A stretch of 40,438 bases of DNA. It comes from a virus. Positions 31,505 through 40,438 of this stretch are shown here, piece by piece (positions within the stretch are counted from its first letter, which is position 1; every line of letters begins with the position of its first letter). The stretch covers positions 1-40,438 of the IMG/VR virus record IMGVR_UViG_3300045988_169891; one strand, given 5' to 3'. The notes under the pieces were generated by a model. The model did no database searches, was not told where the DNA came from, and saw nothing but the letters and a program-made list of their open reading frames with translations. Position numbers and translations under genes: made by a program.

Positions 31505-31893
31505 CAGCCCTCGCCCGCCTCCACCATGAGCACCGGCAAGCGTTCACGGCCACATTCCGCGAACGCTACAACATCAGCGCCAACCAGATCGGCACCGCCA
31601 TCGCCTACAGGGAAGCCTGGGACCTCACCGGCCAACTCCTCGACGACCCCGGCAACCCCCTGTGCGCCGAACTCGCCGACTGGGCATACCCCGCACGACT
31701 CATCGACCTGCTCCAACTCGCCGCCACCATAGGCGACGGCAAAGCAGCCGAAAACATCATGCCATGGACCATGCAACGCCACCGCAACCAGATCGAAGCC
31801 GCGAAAACCACACCGGACGAGATCAACAAGGCGCTCGCGGAGCTGGACGAGGAAATCATCATCCCCACCACCATCGAGGACATAACCGAATAG
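31501..31893 (+). CDS. -1 frameshift extension of the tail assembly chaperone (gpGT-like)
   Basis: The -1 frame (track ORF 31231..31893) is open across the stop of 31139..31504. The A-rich G_GAA_AAA at 31495-31501 lies just before TAA. The extension ends 12 nt before the tape measure start. Confidence 0.65.
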   Translation: MTALARLHHEHRQAFTATFRERYNISANQIGTAIAYREAWDLTGQLLDDPGNPLCAELADWAYPARLIDLLQLAATIGDGKAAENIMPWTMQRHRNQIEAAKTTPDEINKALAELDEEIIIPTTIEDITE

Positions 31894-31905
31894 AGGGAGA
31901 CCACC

Positions 31906-34900
31906 ATGGCGAAGATCGTCGGCACCGGAGCCGTCCGCGTATTCCCCGTCATGACCGGATTCAAAAAAACCGTCAAAAACGAAATGGCGGGCTCCGGACG
32001 CGAAGGAGCCAAAGGCTTCGCCGACTCCCTCAAAGGCGCCGGCACGAAAGCCGGCAAACAACTCGGCAAGGAACTCGGCACCACCGCCAAGGACGCCATG
32101 AAAAACGTCGGAGGCGACCAGGTCAAACAACTCTCCAAAGACGTCGCCTCCGCCTCCGCCGCGGTCTCCAAAGCGAGGATCAAGCAGCAGACCACCACCG
32201 CAGCAGCCATCCAAGCCGAAAACGCATACGCGAACGCGGTCAAACAGCACGGCGCCGACAGCGCACAGGCAGCCGCCGCATCACAACGACTCGCAGCGGC
32301 ACGCGAACGCGTCAAACTCGCCGACGTCGAACTCGCCGCAGCCACCGGCAACCTCAAATCCGCCCAGGAAACCCTCTCCACCGTTCAGAAGGACGCGGAA
32401 ACACAAGCCAAAGCGCTCGCCATCGCGAACCAGAGCATGTTCGCGCGATTCAAGATGGGATTCCGGGATTTGGATGCAGGCAAGGACAACGCCACCGGGT
32501 TGGCCGGAGCGTTCGGCAGCCTCGCCGGCGCGATCAGCGGTCCGATCACCAGCGGGTTGAGCAAGTTCCGCGCCGGGTGGGTCAACGCCGACATGGCCAT
32601 GCTCGACGGTGCGGGCGTCATGGGCAGGATCGGCGGCGCGGTCCATAAGCTGACCGGCACCATCACCGGAACGGTCGGCAAATGGGGCGGCATGATCGCC
32701 GCTCCGTTCAAGAACGGCGCCGCCATCGCCAAGCAGCTCGGCACCGACTTCTCCTACGGTCTCAACCAGCGGTTCGCGCCCGCCAAGGCCGCCATCGGCA
32801 AGTTCGCCGGCACCATCGCCACGCCGTTCAAGGCGGTTGGCGGCGCGATCGGCGGATACCTCGCCCCCGTGGGCAGCGCGGTCGGCAACGTGTTCGACAA
32901 AATCGCCCCCATGGCGTCGAGCGCAGCCAACGGCATCAAAGGCGCGTTCAGAGCGGTCGGCACCGACATCAAGGCGAAACTGTCGAGCGTGGGCGACTCC
33001 GTCAAGGGCTTGGCCACGCTCAGTGTCGGCGGCCTGGCCGCAGGCGTGGGGGCGCTCGGCACCGCACTGATCGGGGTGGGCAAAAGCGCCGTCGGCGCGT
33101 ATGCCAGCTACGAGCAGGCGGTCGGCGGCATCGACACCCTGTTCAAGGATTCATCCAAGACCGTGCAGGCGTATGCCGCCGACGCGTACAAGAACGCCGG
33201 CGTATCCGCGAACGACTACATGGCGCAGATCACCAGCTTCAGCGCCTCGCTGATCAGCTCGCTGGGCGGCGACACCTCCAAGGCCGCCGAACTCGGCAAC
33301 ACCGCCATGGTCGACATGTCGGATAACGCCAACAAGATGGGCACCGACCTCGGCAGCATCCAGCAGACCTACCAGAGTCTGGCGCGCGGCAACTACCAGA
33401 TGCTCGACAACCTCAAACTGGGGTACGGCGGCACCAAAACCGAGATGGAACGCCTCATCTTGGACGCCAACAAGCTGCGCGAGGCCAACGGCCAAGCCGG
33501 CGACCTGAGCATCGACAAATTCAGCGACGTCGTGCAGGCCATCCACGAGGTCCAGAACAACCTCGGCATCACCGGCACCACCGCCAAGGAAGCCTCCACC
33601 ACCATCGAAGGCTCCGTCGGCAGCATGAAGGCGGCCTGGCAGAACTGGCTCACCGAACTCGGCAAGAACGACGCCGACATGGGCAAGCTCACCAACCAGC
33701 TCGTCACCAGCATCGGAACCGTCATCAAGAACATCGGCCCCCGCATCGGCGTCATCGTCAAAAGCCTGATCGCCTCCCTGCCCAGCATGCTCGGCGAAAT
33801 CACCAAAATCCTGCCCGAACCCATCCAACAGGCCATCGGCAAGATCACCGGACTGGCAAGCCAGTTCAAAACCGTACTCGCCCCAATCGGCGCGGCATTC
33901 CTCGCACTGGGAGCCGGCGGCATCGCACCACTATTATCCAAGATCCCGCTGCTCGGCGGACTGCTCGGAGGATTGAGCGGACCACTGGCCATGCTCGGCG
34001 GCCCACTCGGCATACTGACCGCAGGCCTCGGCGCACTCATCGCCACCAGCCCACAACTGCAATCGGTATTCCGAGCGACCCTCAACCCGCTGCTCGAACA
34101 GTTCAAAACCATCCTCGACGGATTGAAACCCACATTCGACCAGATGGTTACCGCGATCGGCGGCATGATCCAACAAATCATGCCCGCCGTCACCGGATTC
34201 GTCGCGGCACTGATCCCCGTCATCGGCCAGGTCATCGCCACCCTCATGCCGATCATCCCGACCGTACTCACACCGATCATGGACGCCGTCACCCAGATGG
34301 CACCAGTGGTCGGCGGCATCATCACCACGATCATCGGATTCATCCAAGCGACCCTGCTACCCGCCATCCAGGCGACCCTCCCGTACATCACCGGCGTCAT
34401 CAACTCGATCGGCACCGTCGTACAAGGCCTCGTCAACATCATCAGCGGCGTCATCAACATGATCGCCGGAATCCTCAACGGCAACTGGACACAAGTCTGG
34501 GAAGGCTTCAAACAAGTCGTCTCAGGAGCAGTCCAAGCCCTCGGCGGCATCGTCTCCGGCATCAAGGACATCATCCTCGGGGCGCTCGCCGGCGCGGGCA
34601 CCTGGCTGTGGAATGCCGGCAAGGCCATCATCCAGGGGCTGATCGACGGCATCATGTCGATGATCAACGCCGCAGGCGATGCCATCGGATGGGTGATGGA
34701 CAAGATCAGCTCGTTCATCCCGCATTCGCCGGCCAAACGCGGCCCGTTCAGCGGACGCGGATGGACCACCTATTCCGGCCAGGCCATCGTGGAAGGGCTC
34801 GCCCAGGGCGTCACGGACAACGCGGGCAAGGCCGAACAGGCGATACAAGCCGCCATGCAGCGTGCCCAAGCCGCCGCCAACGGCGTCGAACTCGCCTACC

Positions 34901-35085
34901 GGAGCGTCAAACCCGCCACCGTCACCAACCCAGCCGGCACCGCGCAGAACACCGCCGGCCAGCGGACGCTGGAGGGGAACACGGTGAACGTGTCCATCGA
35001 CGCGCACGGCATGAACAGCGCGGACATATTCAACGAATTCGACCTGCGCACCAAGGCCGCGGCAAGCGGCTGGGGAGGAGAGTAG
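31906..35085 (+). CDS. tape measure protein
   Basis: 1059 aa, Ala/Gly-rich and helical, with hydrophobic central segments. The position fits. Confidence 0.95.
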   Translation: MAKIVGTGAVRVFPVMTGFKKTVKNEMAGSGREGAKGFADSLKGAGTKAGKQLGKELGTTAKDAMKNVGGDQVKQLSKDVASASAAVSKARIKQQTTTAAAIQAENAYANAVKQHGADSAQAAAASQRLAAARERVKLADVELAAATGNLKSAQETLSTVQKDAETQAKALAIANQSMFARFKMGFRDLDAGKDNATGLAGAFGSLAGAISGPITSGLSKFRAGWVNADMAMLDGAGVMGRIGGAVHKLTGTITGTVGKWGGMIAAPFKNGAAIAKQLGTDFSYGLNQRFAPAKAAIGKFAGTIATPFKAVGGAIGGYLAPVGSAVGNVFDKIAPMASSAANGIKGAFRAVGTDIKAKLSSVGDSVKGLATLSVGGLAAGVGALGTALIGVGKSAVGAYASYEQAVGGIDTLFKDSSKTVQAYAADAYKNAGVSANDYMAQITSFSASLISSLGGDTSKAAELGNTAMVDMSDNANKMGTDLGSIQQTYQSLARGNYQMLDNLKLGYGGTKTEMERLILDANKLREANGQAGDLSIDKFSDVVQAIHEVQNNLGITGTTAKEASTTIEGSVGSMKAAWQNWLTELGKNDADMGKLTNQLVTSIGTVIKNIGPRIGVIVKSLIASLPSMLGEITKILPEPIQQAIGKITGLASQFKTVLAPIGAAFLALGAGGIAPLLSKIPLLGGLLGGLSGPLAMLGGPLGILTAGLGALIATSPQLQSVFRATLNPLLEQFKTILDGLKPTFDQMVTAIGGMIQQIMPAVTGFVAALIPVIGQVIATLMPIIPTVLTPIMDAVTQMAPVVGGIITTIIGFIQATLLPAIQATLPYITGVINSIGTVVQGLVNIISGVINMIAGILNGNWTQVWEGFKQVVSGAVQALGGIVSGIKDIILGALAGAGTWLWNAGKAIIQGLIDGIMSMINAAGDAIGWVMDKISSFIPHSPAKRGPFSGRGWTTYSGQAIVEGLAQGVTDNAGKAEQAIQAAMQRAQAAANGVELAYRSVKPATVTNPAGTAQNTAGQRTLEGNTVNVSIDAHGMNSADIFNEFDLRTKAAASGWGGE

Positions 35086-35088
35086 CCA

Positions 35089-35826
35089 GTGACCCGGATC
35101 ACCATCGTCACCGATACCGACACCATCCCGCTGCGCGACGACTACCGGTGGAAACACCACATCCACGCCATCAAGAAGAACGGCATCACCGGCCTGTTCG
35201 GCACCCCCGGCATGAAAGAATCCACCACATCGATCCCGCAACAGGACGGCGACTACTGGCCCAGCCGCATCACCCAGAAACCACGCTCGATAAGCCTCGA
35301 CTGCGTAATCAGAGGCCTATCGAGCGCCGAAGCCGCACAGGAACGCGACCGCATCAACGCCCTGTTCGGCCATACCCTGACCATCATCGAGGAAACCGCC
35401 GCCGGCCCACGCCAACTCACCGGCATGCTCGCCGCAGACCCCGAACCCACCATGCGATGGAAGGAACAGGGTTTCGAATTCGGCCTGGTCATCACCTGCC
35501 CCGACCCGTTGAAATACGGGCAGCCGGTCACCTACACGGCATCCGGCGGCGTGATCCGCTGCCAGAACCCCGGCACGGCGGCCACATGGCCAAACGTGAG
35601 AATATCGGGGCATGCGACCTCGCTGACATTGGCATATGCCGGGCATCGCGTGCAATGGCAGGGCGATGCGCAGAATCTGGCATTGGATTTCCGGGACATG
35701 ATACCCAGCGCGGGCATTGTCACCTATGACGACGCATTCCAGATCCCGCCGGGCGGCGCCGTCGTATCGGCCGTCGTCGTCGGCGGGGGAGCGGTGTCGA
35801 TGATCGTACGACCGGCATGGAGGTGA
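35089..35826 (+). CDS. distal tail protein (Dit-like; by position)
   Basis: GTG start after GGGGAGGAG, 245 aa, directly after the tape measure gene. Confidence 0.7.
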   Translation: MTRITIVTDTDTIPLRDDYRWKHHIHAIKKNGITGLFGTPGMKESTTSIPQQDGDYWPSRITQKPRSISLDCVIRGLSSAEAAQERDRINALFGHTLTIIEETAAGPRQLTGMLAADPEPTMRWKEQGFEFGLVITCPDPLKYGQPVTYTASGGVIRCQNPGTAATWPNVRISGHATSLTLAYAGHRVQWQGDAQNLALDFRDMIPSAGIVTYDDAFQIPPGGAVVSAVVVGGGAVSMIVRPAWR

Positions 35827-35830
35827 CCTC

Positions 35831-36961
35831 ATGGCATCACAGCTCGCCCCGTTGACGGTACACGTGTACGAGCCGGTCACCGGCCGGCATCTCTACCGGC
35901 TGCCCTACACGGCGGCCGACTGGACGGAATCATTGAACCAGCCGGGATCCATGAACGTGACCGTCGACTACACGCGAACCGCCGCCAGACTCGGACTGTT
36001 CAAATCCCTGCGCTGCTGGAAGGCGCTGATCGCGCTGCAACGCGCCGTCAATGGCGGTTTCGAAGTGGTGCATGCGGGCCCGTTGACGGACTGGGAGTGG
36101 GACGCCGAGAACCGGAGCCTGAAGCTCACTGTGGGCGGCGGCCTGACCCTGCTGACCAAACGACTCGTCATCAACCACGCGCTCAAGGACTCGTGGCGCG
36201 ACGGGAGCATGCTCCTCGACGAGAAACACCCCGCCGGAGACATGGACCTCACCCTGAAAGGCAGCTACACGGACATCGCACGCGGACTGACCGCCGAGGC
36301 CATGCAATGGGGCAACCTGCCCATCAGCTTGCCCGCGACGACCGGCGGAGACAAGACCCGCACCTACTACGCGTGGGATCTGGCCACCACCGCCGACCGG
36401 ATCCTCGACCTGACCAACCTCGAACACGGCATCGAAATCCGTTTCGACCCGCGCATCAAACCCGACGGGAGTCTCATATTCGACCTGCATGCCGGAAACG
36501 AGCTCATTGATTCAACGCACCAGTGGAACGCGGTGATACCCGGCCAGCGCGTCATCCTCTCCTCGGTGGCCGGGGCCGGCGGGTCGATGACCTCGCAGGC
36601 GTGGCTCACCGGCGGCAAGGACGGCGACAAGACCCTCATGTGCCGACGCACCACCACCCGGCTCACCGACCAGGGTTACCTGTTCTGCCAGTCCGCGGAC
36701 ACCACGCACACCACCGTCAGCGATTTGAAAACGCTGCAGGCCCACGCATTGGGAGACCTCGCCCAGGGCGCGTTCCCCGCGGAAACCTACAAGGTCAAGG
36801 TCGGTGAGGAACACCACGTGAAAGTCGGCGACCATGCCGACCTGCGCGTCGAGGACGACCACCTCGGCTCCCGGCTGCTCAGACTGAAGATCACCGACCT
36901 GAGCGGCTCGGCAGACAGCGACTGGCTCACCCTGCAGGCCCAGGAAAGGAACGAGACGTGA
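35831..36961 (+). CDS. tail tip / baseplate hub (Tal-like) protein (by position)
   Basis: 376 aa after GGAGGTG. Confidence 0.7.
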   Translation: MASQLAPLTVHVYEPVTGRHLYRLPYTAADWTESLNQPGSMNVTVDYTRTAARLGLFKSLRCWKALIALQRAVNGGFEVVHAGPLTDWEWDAENRSLKLTVGGGLTLLTKRLVINHALKDSWRDGSMLLDEKHPAGDMDLTLKGSYTDIARGLTAEAMQWGNLPISLPATTGGDKTRTYYAWDLATTADRILDLTNLEHGIEIRFDPRIKPDGSLIFDLHAGNELIDSTHQWNAVIPGQRVILSSVAGAGGSMTSQAWLTGGKDGDKTLMCRRTTTRLTDQGYLFCQSADTTHTTVSDLKTLQAHALGDLAQGAFPAETYKVKVGEEHHVKVGDHADLRVEDDHLGSRLLRLKITDLSGSADSDWLTLQAQERNET

Positions 36962-38070
36962 GCGGAATCAACCAGACCCGCGCCATACCGGCGGGAACGC
37001 ACGCCGTATGGTGCGGCGACAGCGTCACCCAGGGCACTGGTGCCAGTGCGACGGCGAAACGATACAGCACGCTGGCCAGCGGCGAACTGAACCTGACCGA
37101 ACACAACTACGCGAAAACCAACGCCGGATACCTGATCGACGGCAACACCATCAGTATGCAGCTCGACGCGGCCAACGCGGATGCCGGCTATCCACATGAT
37201 CAGGTCGGCTACGTGTTCCTGATGGCCGGATTGACCGACTCCTACGAGTCATTGGCCAACATGCAGCAGACGGTCGCGGACACGATCGCCAAAGCCAAGA
37301 GGCTGTTTCCCGTGGCGCGCATCGTCGTGGGCGTAGGTCCCGGCTGCATCCCCGATGCCACCGATGCCGAGGCGATCGCGCGACAGGGGCATGTGCTCAC
37401 CGCGATCACCCTCGCGGGCACCTCGGCCGACGCGCTCGTCATCCACAACATGCGCGCCATCTGTGGCTCCGACCACGACATGCACGCCACCGGCATCAAC
37501 CCAAACGACGAAGGTATGAGGCTCCTCGCACAAGCCGTCGTCACGAGCGTCGACGCCGACAAGGGCGAACCCTTGGATACGCCGGTCACCGATCTGACCC
37601 GCGTGTACTCGTCGCCGGGCGCCGACTGGGCCTCCCGTCAGGTCAACGCGCAACGCAAACGCGAGGCATCGAAGAAAGAGGCGAACCGGCCCACCGGCAC
37701 CGAACTGACCCAACTGACCTCGAAACTCGACGAACTCACCCAGGCACAGGGCCTGCAGCAGGTCATACTGCAGCAGCAACAGGAACAGTTGGCCGAGCAG
37801 CAGCGGATGCTGAAGGAGCAGCAGGATCAGTTCGCGGCGCAGCAGAAGCAGTTGAAGTCGGTGCAGGACCAGCAGGCGAGCATGCTCAGCACATTGCAGT
37901 CGCAACAGACCCAGCTGGGCCAGATGCAAAGCAATCTTGAGAACAGCATTCGCTCGTATATCAACACGAACCTGGTCCCGACCCTGAACGCGAACTTCGC
38001 GAAGGTGGACGACAGGTTCGACAAGCTCGAGGCGAGGGTCGGCAAGCTCGAACAGGGCACGCCGGCGTGA
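36958..38070 (+). CDS. tail protein: N-terminal SGNH/GDSL-like hydrolase domain + Gln-rich coiled coil
   Basis: GTGA overlap. Block I is VWCGDSVTQG and block III-like is LMAGLTDS. The block V region reads GINPNDEG, with Asn where His is expected, so catalysis is uncertain. The C-terminal 130 aa are heptad-like and Q-rich. Confidence 0.8.
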   Translation: MSGINQTRAIPAGTHAVWCGDSVTQGTGASATAKRYSTLASGELNLTEHNYAKTNAGYLIDGNTISMQLDAANADAGYPHDQVGYVFLMAGLTDSYESLANMQQTVADTIAKAKRLFPVARIVVGVGPGCIPDATDAEAIARQGHVLTAITLAGTSADALVIHNMRAICGSDHDMHATGINPNDEGMRLLAQAVVTSVDADKGEPLDTPVTDLTRVYSSPGADWASRQVNAQRKREASKKEANRPTGTELTQLTSKLDELTQAQGLQQVILQQQQEQLAEQQRMLKEQQDQFAAQQKQLKSVQDQQASMLSTLQSQQTQLGQMQSNLENSIRSYINTNLVPTLNANFAKVDDRFDKLEARVGKLEQGTPA

Positions 38071-38095
38071 CCTGTGGATTGATCGGAGGCATCTG

Positions 38096-38458
38096 ATGGC
38101 AGTTTTCGGCAGGAAGGTGGGTCGCGCGGACCTGCGTTTGGTGCGCGGCGACAGCGAGCGGGTGTCCGTCTGGTGGCGGCAACGGAACGTGCTGACGGGC
38201 GTGGTGACGCCGGTGGACATGTCGTGGTGGAGCGGCCGACTGGAATTGCGCAGCCCGGACGGTTCCGAGCTGTGGTATTCGCAGGCGTGCGGCTCGATGA
38301 CGTCGGACGGGTATGCGATCGCGGACATCCCGCCGAGCGCGCTGTCTGGGGACGTGTGGGTGCAGCGGCGTGCGGGCCGGTGGCGGATCAGGGCCACGGG
38401 TCCGGGCGGCGGCGTGGTGCGCACGCTCGCCTGGGGTTATTTCACTTTGAGCGACTGA
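38096..38458 (+). CDS. hypothetical tail-associated protein (120 aa)
   Basis: Track ORF after a GGAGG Shine-Dalgarno. Confidence 0.7.
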   Translation: MAVFGRKVGRADLRLVRGDSERVSVWWRQRNVLTGVVTPVDMSWWSGRLELRSPDGSELWYSQACGSMTSDGYAIADIPPSALSGDVWVQRRAGRWRIRATGPGGGVVRTLAWGYFTLSD

Positions 38459-38478
38459 TCGAATCGGAGGAATTGATT

Positions 38479-40350
38479 ATGGTTGAGCAGATCGTGGATT
38501 TGGTCGAGGCGGGCATGCCCGTCTCGTCGGACACGGCGGCGGTCGCGGCCGGCGCGGGTTCGGCGGCCGGATGGGAGGCCGGGCGCATGGCGGCCTCCGA
38601 ACTGGCCGGGGACATGCGTGACCGTCTGAACGCCCTGTCGTCCCGTTTGGACGTGGTCGTCGCGTCCGGGTCGGATGGCGGGGACGTGGGAACCGAGTTG
38701 AGGGACGTGCGCGTGGGCGCGGACGGGACAACGTACGGGTCGGCCGGCGAGGCAGTCAGGGCGCAGGCGCGATTGTGTGTTTCGGTGAGCGAGGCGTCGG
38801 CGTCGGGCGTGTCGGGCGTGCGCGTCATATTACACAGGGGCGAGGTACTGGACAACAACGGCATAAGATTCAACCCCGTCGACGGGGTCCTATGCTACGT
38901 GACCGACGTGGTCATGGCGTCGGCCGGCGAGGAGTACGTGTACACGGGATCGTCCGACGGCGCGCCGTCCGTATTCTTCTACGATTCGCTGATGCACAAT
39001 ATCGGGAGCGTGAAAACCGATAACCCCAACGGGGAGTACGTGTTCCAAGTGCCGGGTGGCGCCTCGTACATGCGTGCCCAGTCGTTCGCATGGACGGATT
39101 CAACCTCGGACGTCACGCTGTCGCTGCGCGAGAAGGACGGCGAGGCCATACGGTGGATGCTGGACGGCAGGTACGCGACCGCGCTTAACGTCGGCAGGGT
39201 GTCGGACGCCGTCGGCGGCGTCCTGTCCGACGTGGGAGGCCTGGTGTACGGGCGTGGCTTTCTCCTCGGCGACGAGACCGTGCTGCGCCCGAGGTACGAC
39301 GAGATGACGTCCGGCGCGTTCCTGAACCAATCGGGCGGTGCCACCCCATTTGACAGTGGGTACACGTCCGACTACATCGACCTCGACCTGCTCGGAGACG
39401 CGTACGTCACCGTGAGGACCATGGTGGCGTATGAGTCGCGCGCCGCCGCGCTCTACAATCGCGACTACGAATTCATCCGCATCCTCGGCGGCAACGAGGA
39501 CACGAGTGAAATCACGAGCGTGGAATTTACCGTGTCCCTGCGCGAGTGCAGGAGGATCGGTGGCGCGTACATACGGTTCGGGTTCTTGGGATACATCGTT
39601 CCGGATGCGAACAAATTCCAGGTCGTCTCGACGGCTCCGGTGGCACTCGGCGACTACATCGATTCCAGGGCCGTGGCGGCCTATGCATCGAACGTCCTGT
39701 ACGGAAAGAAGTACGTCGCCTGCGGTGACAGCTTCACCGCAGGCGCGGGACTGACCGGCGACGACTATGACCACGACCTCGGGGCCGTGAAATCCTATCC
39801 GTGGTGGATTGCCAAGCGCAACGGCATGACCCTAGTCAACGAGGCCATATCCGGCAGCGACTTTACGAACATCGAAGGGGCGAACAACCCGTTCTCCGTG
39901 GAACGTTACCTAGCTGTCCCTAACGACAGCGACTATATCACGCTCATGTTCGGCCTGAACGAATACAACTTAACTGCCGAACAGATCGGCTCCAGACAGG
40001 ACACCGGCAACACGACCCTGTGGGGCGCGTACAACACCGTGTTCGAACGTTTCCTGACCGACATGCCGTACGCGAAGATTGGCGTCATCATACCGGACGC
40101 GTGGATGACCGAGACATACGCCGACGCGATCAAGGACATCTGCCGATACTGGGGAGTGCCCTGGTTGGACCTCAAGGGCGACCCGTCCGTGCCCATGGGA
40201 ATCGGCGGACGCAACGGGATCGACGTCAGCCCGCGTGCTGTGGAACTGCGCAACAAGGCGTTCAGATTGTCCGACGCCGACGCCCACCCCAACGCCAAGG
40301 CCCACGAATACCGGAGCACCATCATCGAACACTTCCTCAGAACCCTGTAA
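38479..40350 (+). CDS. tail fibre / receptor-binding protein with C-terminal SGNH/GDSL esterase domain
   Basis: ATG follows CGGAGGAATTGATT (internal Met of track ORF 38173..40350), 623 aa. C-terminal motifs are YVACGDSFTAG, AISGSD, FGLNEYN and DADAHPN. Its last 31 nt recur at 1-31. Confidence 0.85.
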   Translation: MVEQIVDLVEAGMPVSSDTAAVAAGAGSAAGWEAGRMAASELAGDMRDRLNALSSRLDVVVASGSDGGDVGTELRDVRVGADGTTYGSAGEAVRAQARLCVSVSEASASGVSGVRVILHRGEVLDNNGIRFNPVDGVLCYVTDVVMASAGEEYVYTGSSDGAPSVFFYDSLMHNIGSVKTDNPNGEYVFQVPGGASYMRAQSFAWTDSTSDVTLSLREKDGEAIRWMLDGRYATALNVGRVSDAVGGVLSDVGGLVYGRGFLLGDETVLRPRYDEMTSGAFLNQSGGATPFDSGYTSDYIDLDLLGDAYVTVRTMVAYESRAAALYNRDYEFIRILGGNEDTSEITSVEFTVSLRECRRIGGAYIRFGFLGYIVPDANKFQVVSTAPVALGDYIDSRAVAAYASNVLYGKKYVACGDSFTAGAGLTGDDYDHDLGAVKSYPWWIAKRNGMTLVNEAISGSDFTNIEGANNPFSVERYLAVPNDSDYITLMFGLNEYNLTAEQIGSRQDTGNTTLWGAYNTVFERFLTDMPYAKIGVIIPDAWMTETYADAIKDICRYWGVPWLDLKGDPSVPMGIGGRNGIDVSPRAVELRNKAFRLSDADAHPNAKAHEYRSTIIEHFLRTL

Positions 40351-40438
40351 GGAAGTATCGTGTACCTCGTGGAGGTGGTGATGCCGGGTCGATGGCGACG
40401 TGACCGCGAAGATCATGGACCGCGCGACCGGTGCTGGA
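40320..40438. repeat. second copy of the 119-bp terminal overlap (identical to 1-119)
   Basis: Direct comparison with the start of the window. Confidence 0.95.

Noticed and set aside
37730-37930. CAG/CAA-rich DNA repeat region as a non-coding or hypervariable repeat.
   Set aside because: It stays in frame and encodes a heptad-like Gln-rich coiled coil within the 36958-38070 tail protein. It is a compositional feature of the protein rather than a separate element.
36958-40350. Diversity-generating retroelement or invertible shufflon acting on the tail-fibre genes.
   Set aside because: There is no reverse transcriptase and no second recombinase or invertase. I could not see any template/variable repeat pair or inverted repeats flanking fibre segments.

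Overview
This window is a complete, circularly closed temperate siphovirus or prophage genome. Bases 1-119 repeat exactly at 40320-40438, so the unique length is about 40,319 bp. The host is a high-GC Gram-positive, most likely an actinobacterium: there is a WhiB-type gene, GH25/LysM endolysins with signal peptides, and a tyrosine integrase beside a tRNA 3' fragment. A Bifidobacterium-like host is my guess and is unverified.

Almost all genes are on the + strand and tightly packed, many with ATGA or GTGA start/stop overlaps. The modules are:
- 1068-4976: lysis region with two tandem, diverged lysin-holin pairs.
- 5162-7277: attP with arm repeats, integrase, Xis-like gene and small membrane peptides.
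- 7535-11037: accessory genes likely expressed in the lysogen. These are an ImmA-like peptidase with a membrane protein, then a lower-GC cassette holding an Rx4H protein, a lipoprotein and a membrane-anchored DEDDh exonuclease.
- 11096-12179: genetic switch with two paralogous HTH repressor-like genes, palindromic operators, back-to-back promoters and a Cro-like gene.
- 12176-21212: early and replication genes (SSB, RusA, ParB-like nuclease-domain protein, HTH initiator with internal iterons, WhiB-like gene).
- 21379-24522: HNH endonuclease, candidate cos region, small and large terminase.
- 24537-30181: portal, protease, HK97-type capsid and connector proteins.
- 30208-40350: major tail protein, chaperones, tape measure, tip proteins and two SGNH-esterase tail proteins.

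I found no rRNA, CRISPR array, transposase, reverse transcriptase or second recombinase.

The most unusual observations are:
1. The terminator-bounded 8870-11037 cassette, a candidate defence or superinfection-exclusion system.
2. A WhiB-like gene whose conserved Trp codon is an in-frame TGA, and which runs without a stop into a zinc-ribbon/HTH ORF.
3. The duplicated lysin-holin module.
4. A canonical C_CCA_AAA -1 slip site that would add an Ig-like domain to the major tail protein.

All functional calls come from motif reading by eye. No database search was possible.
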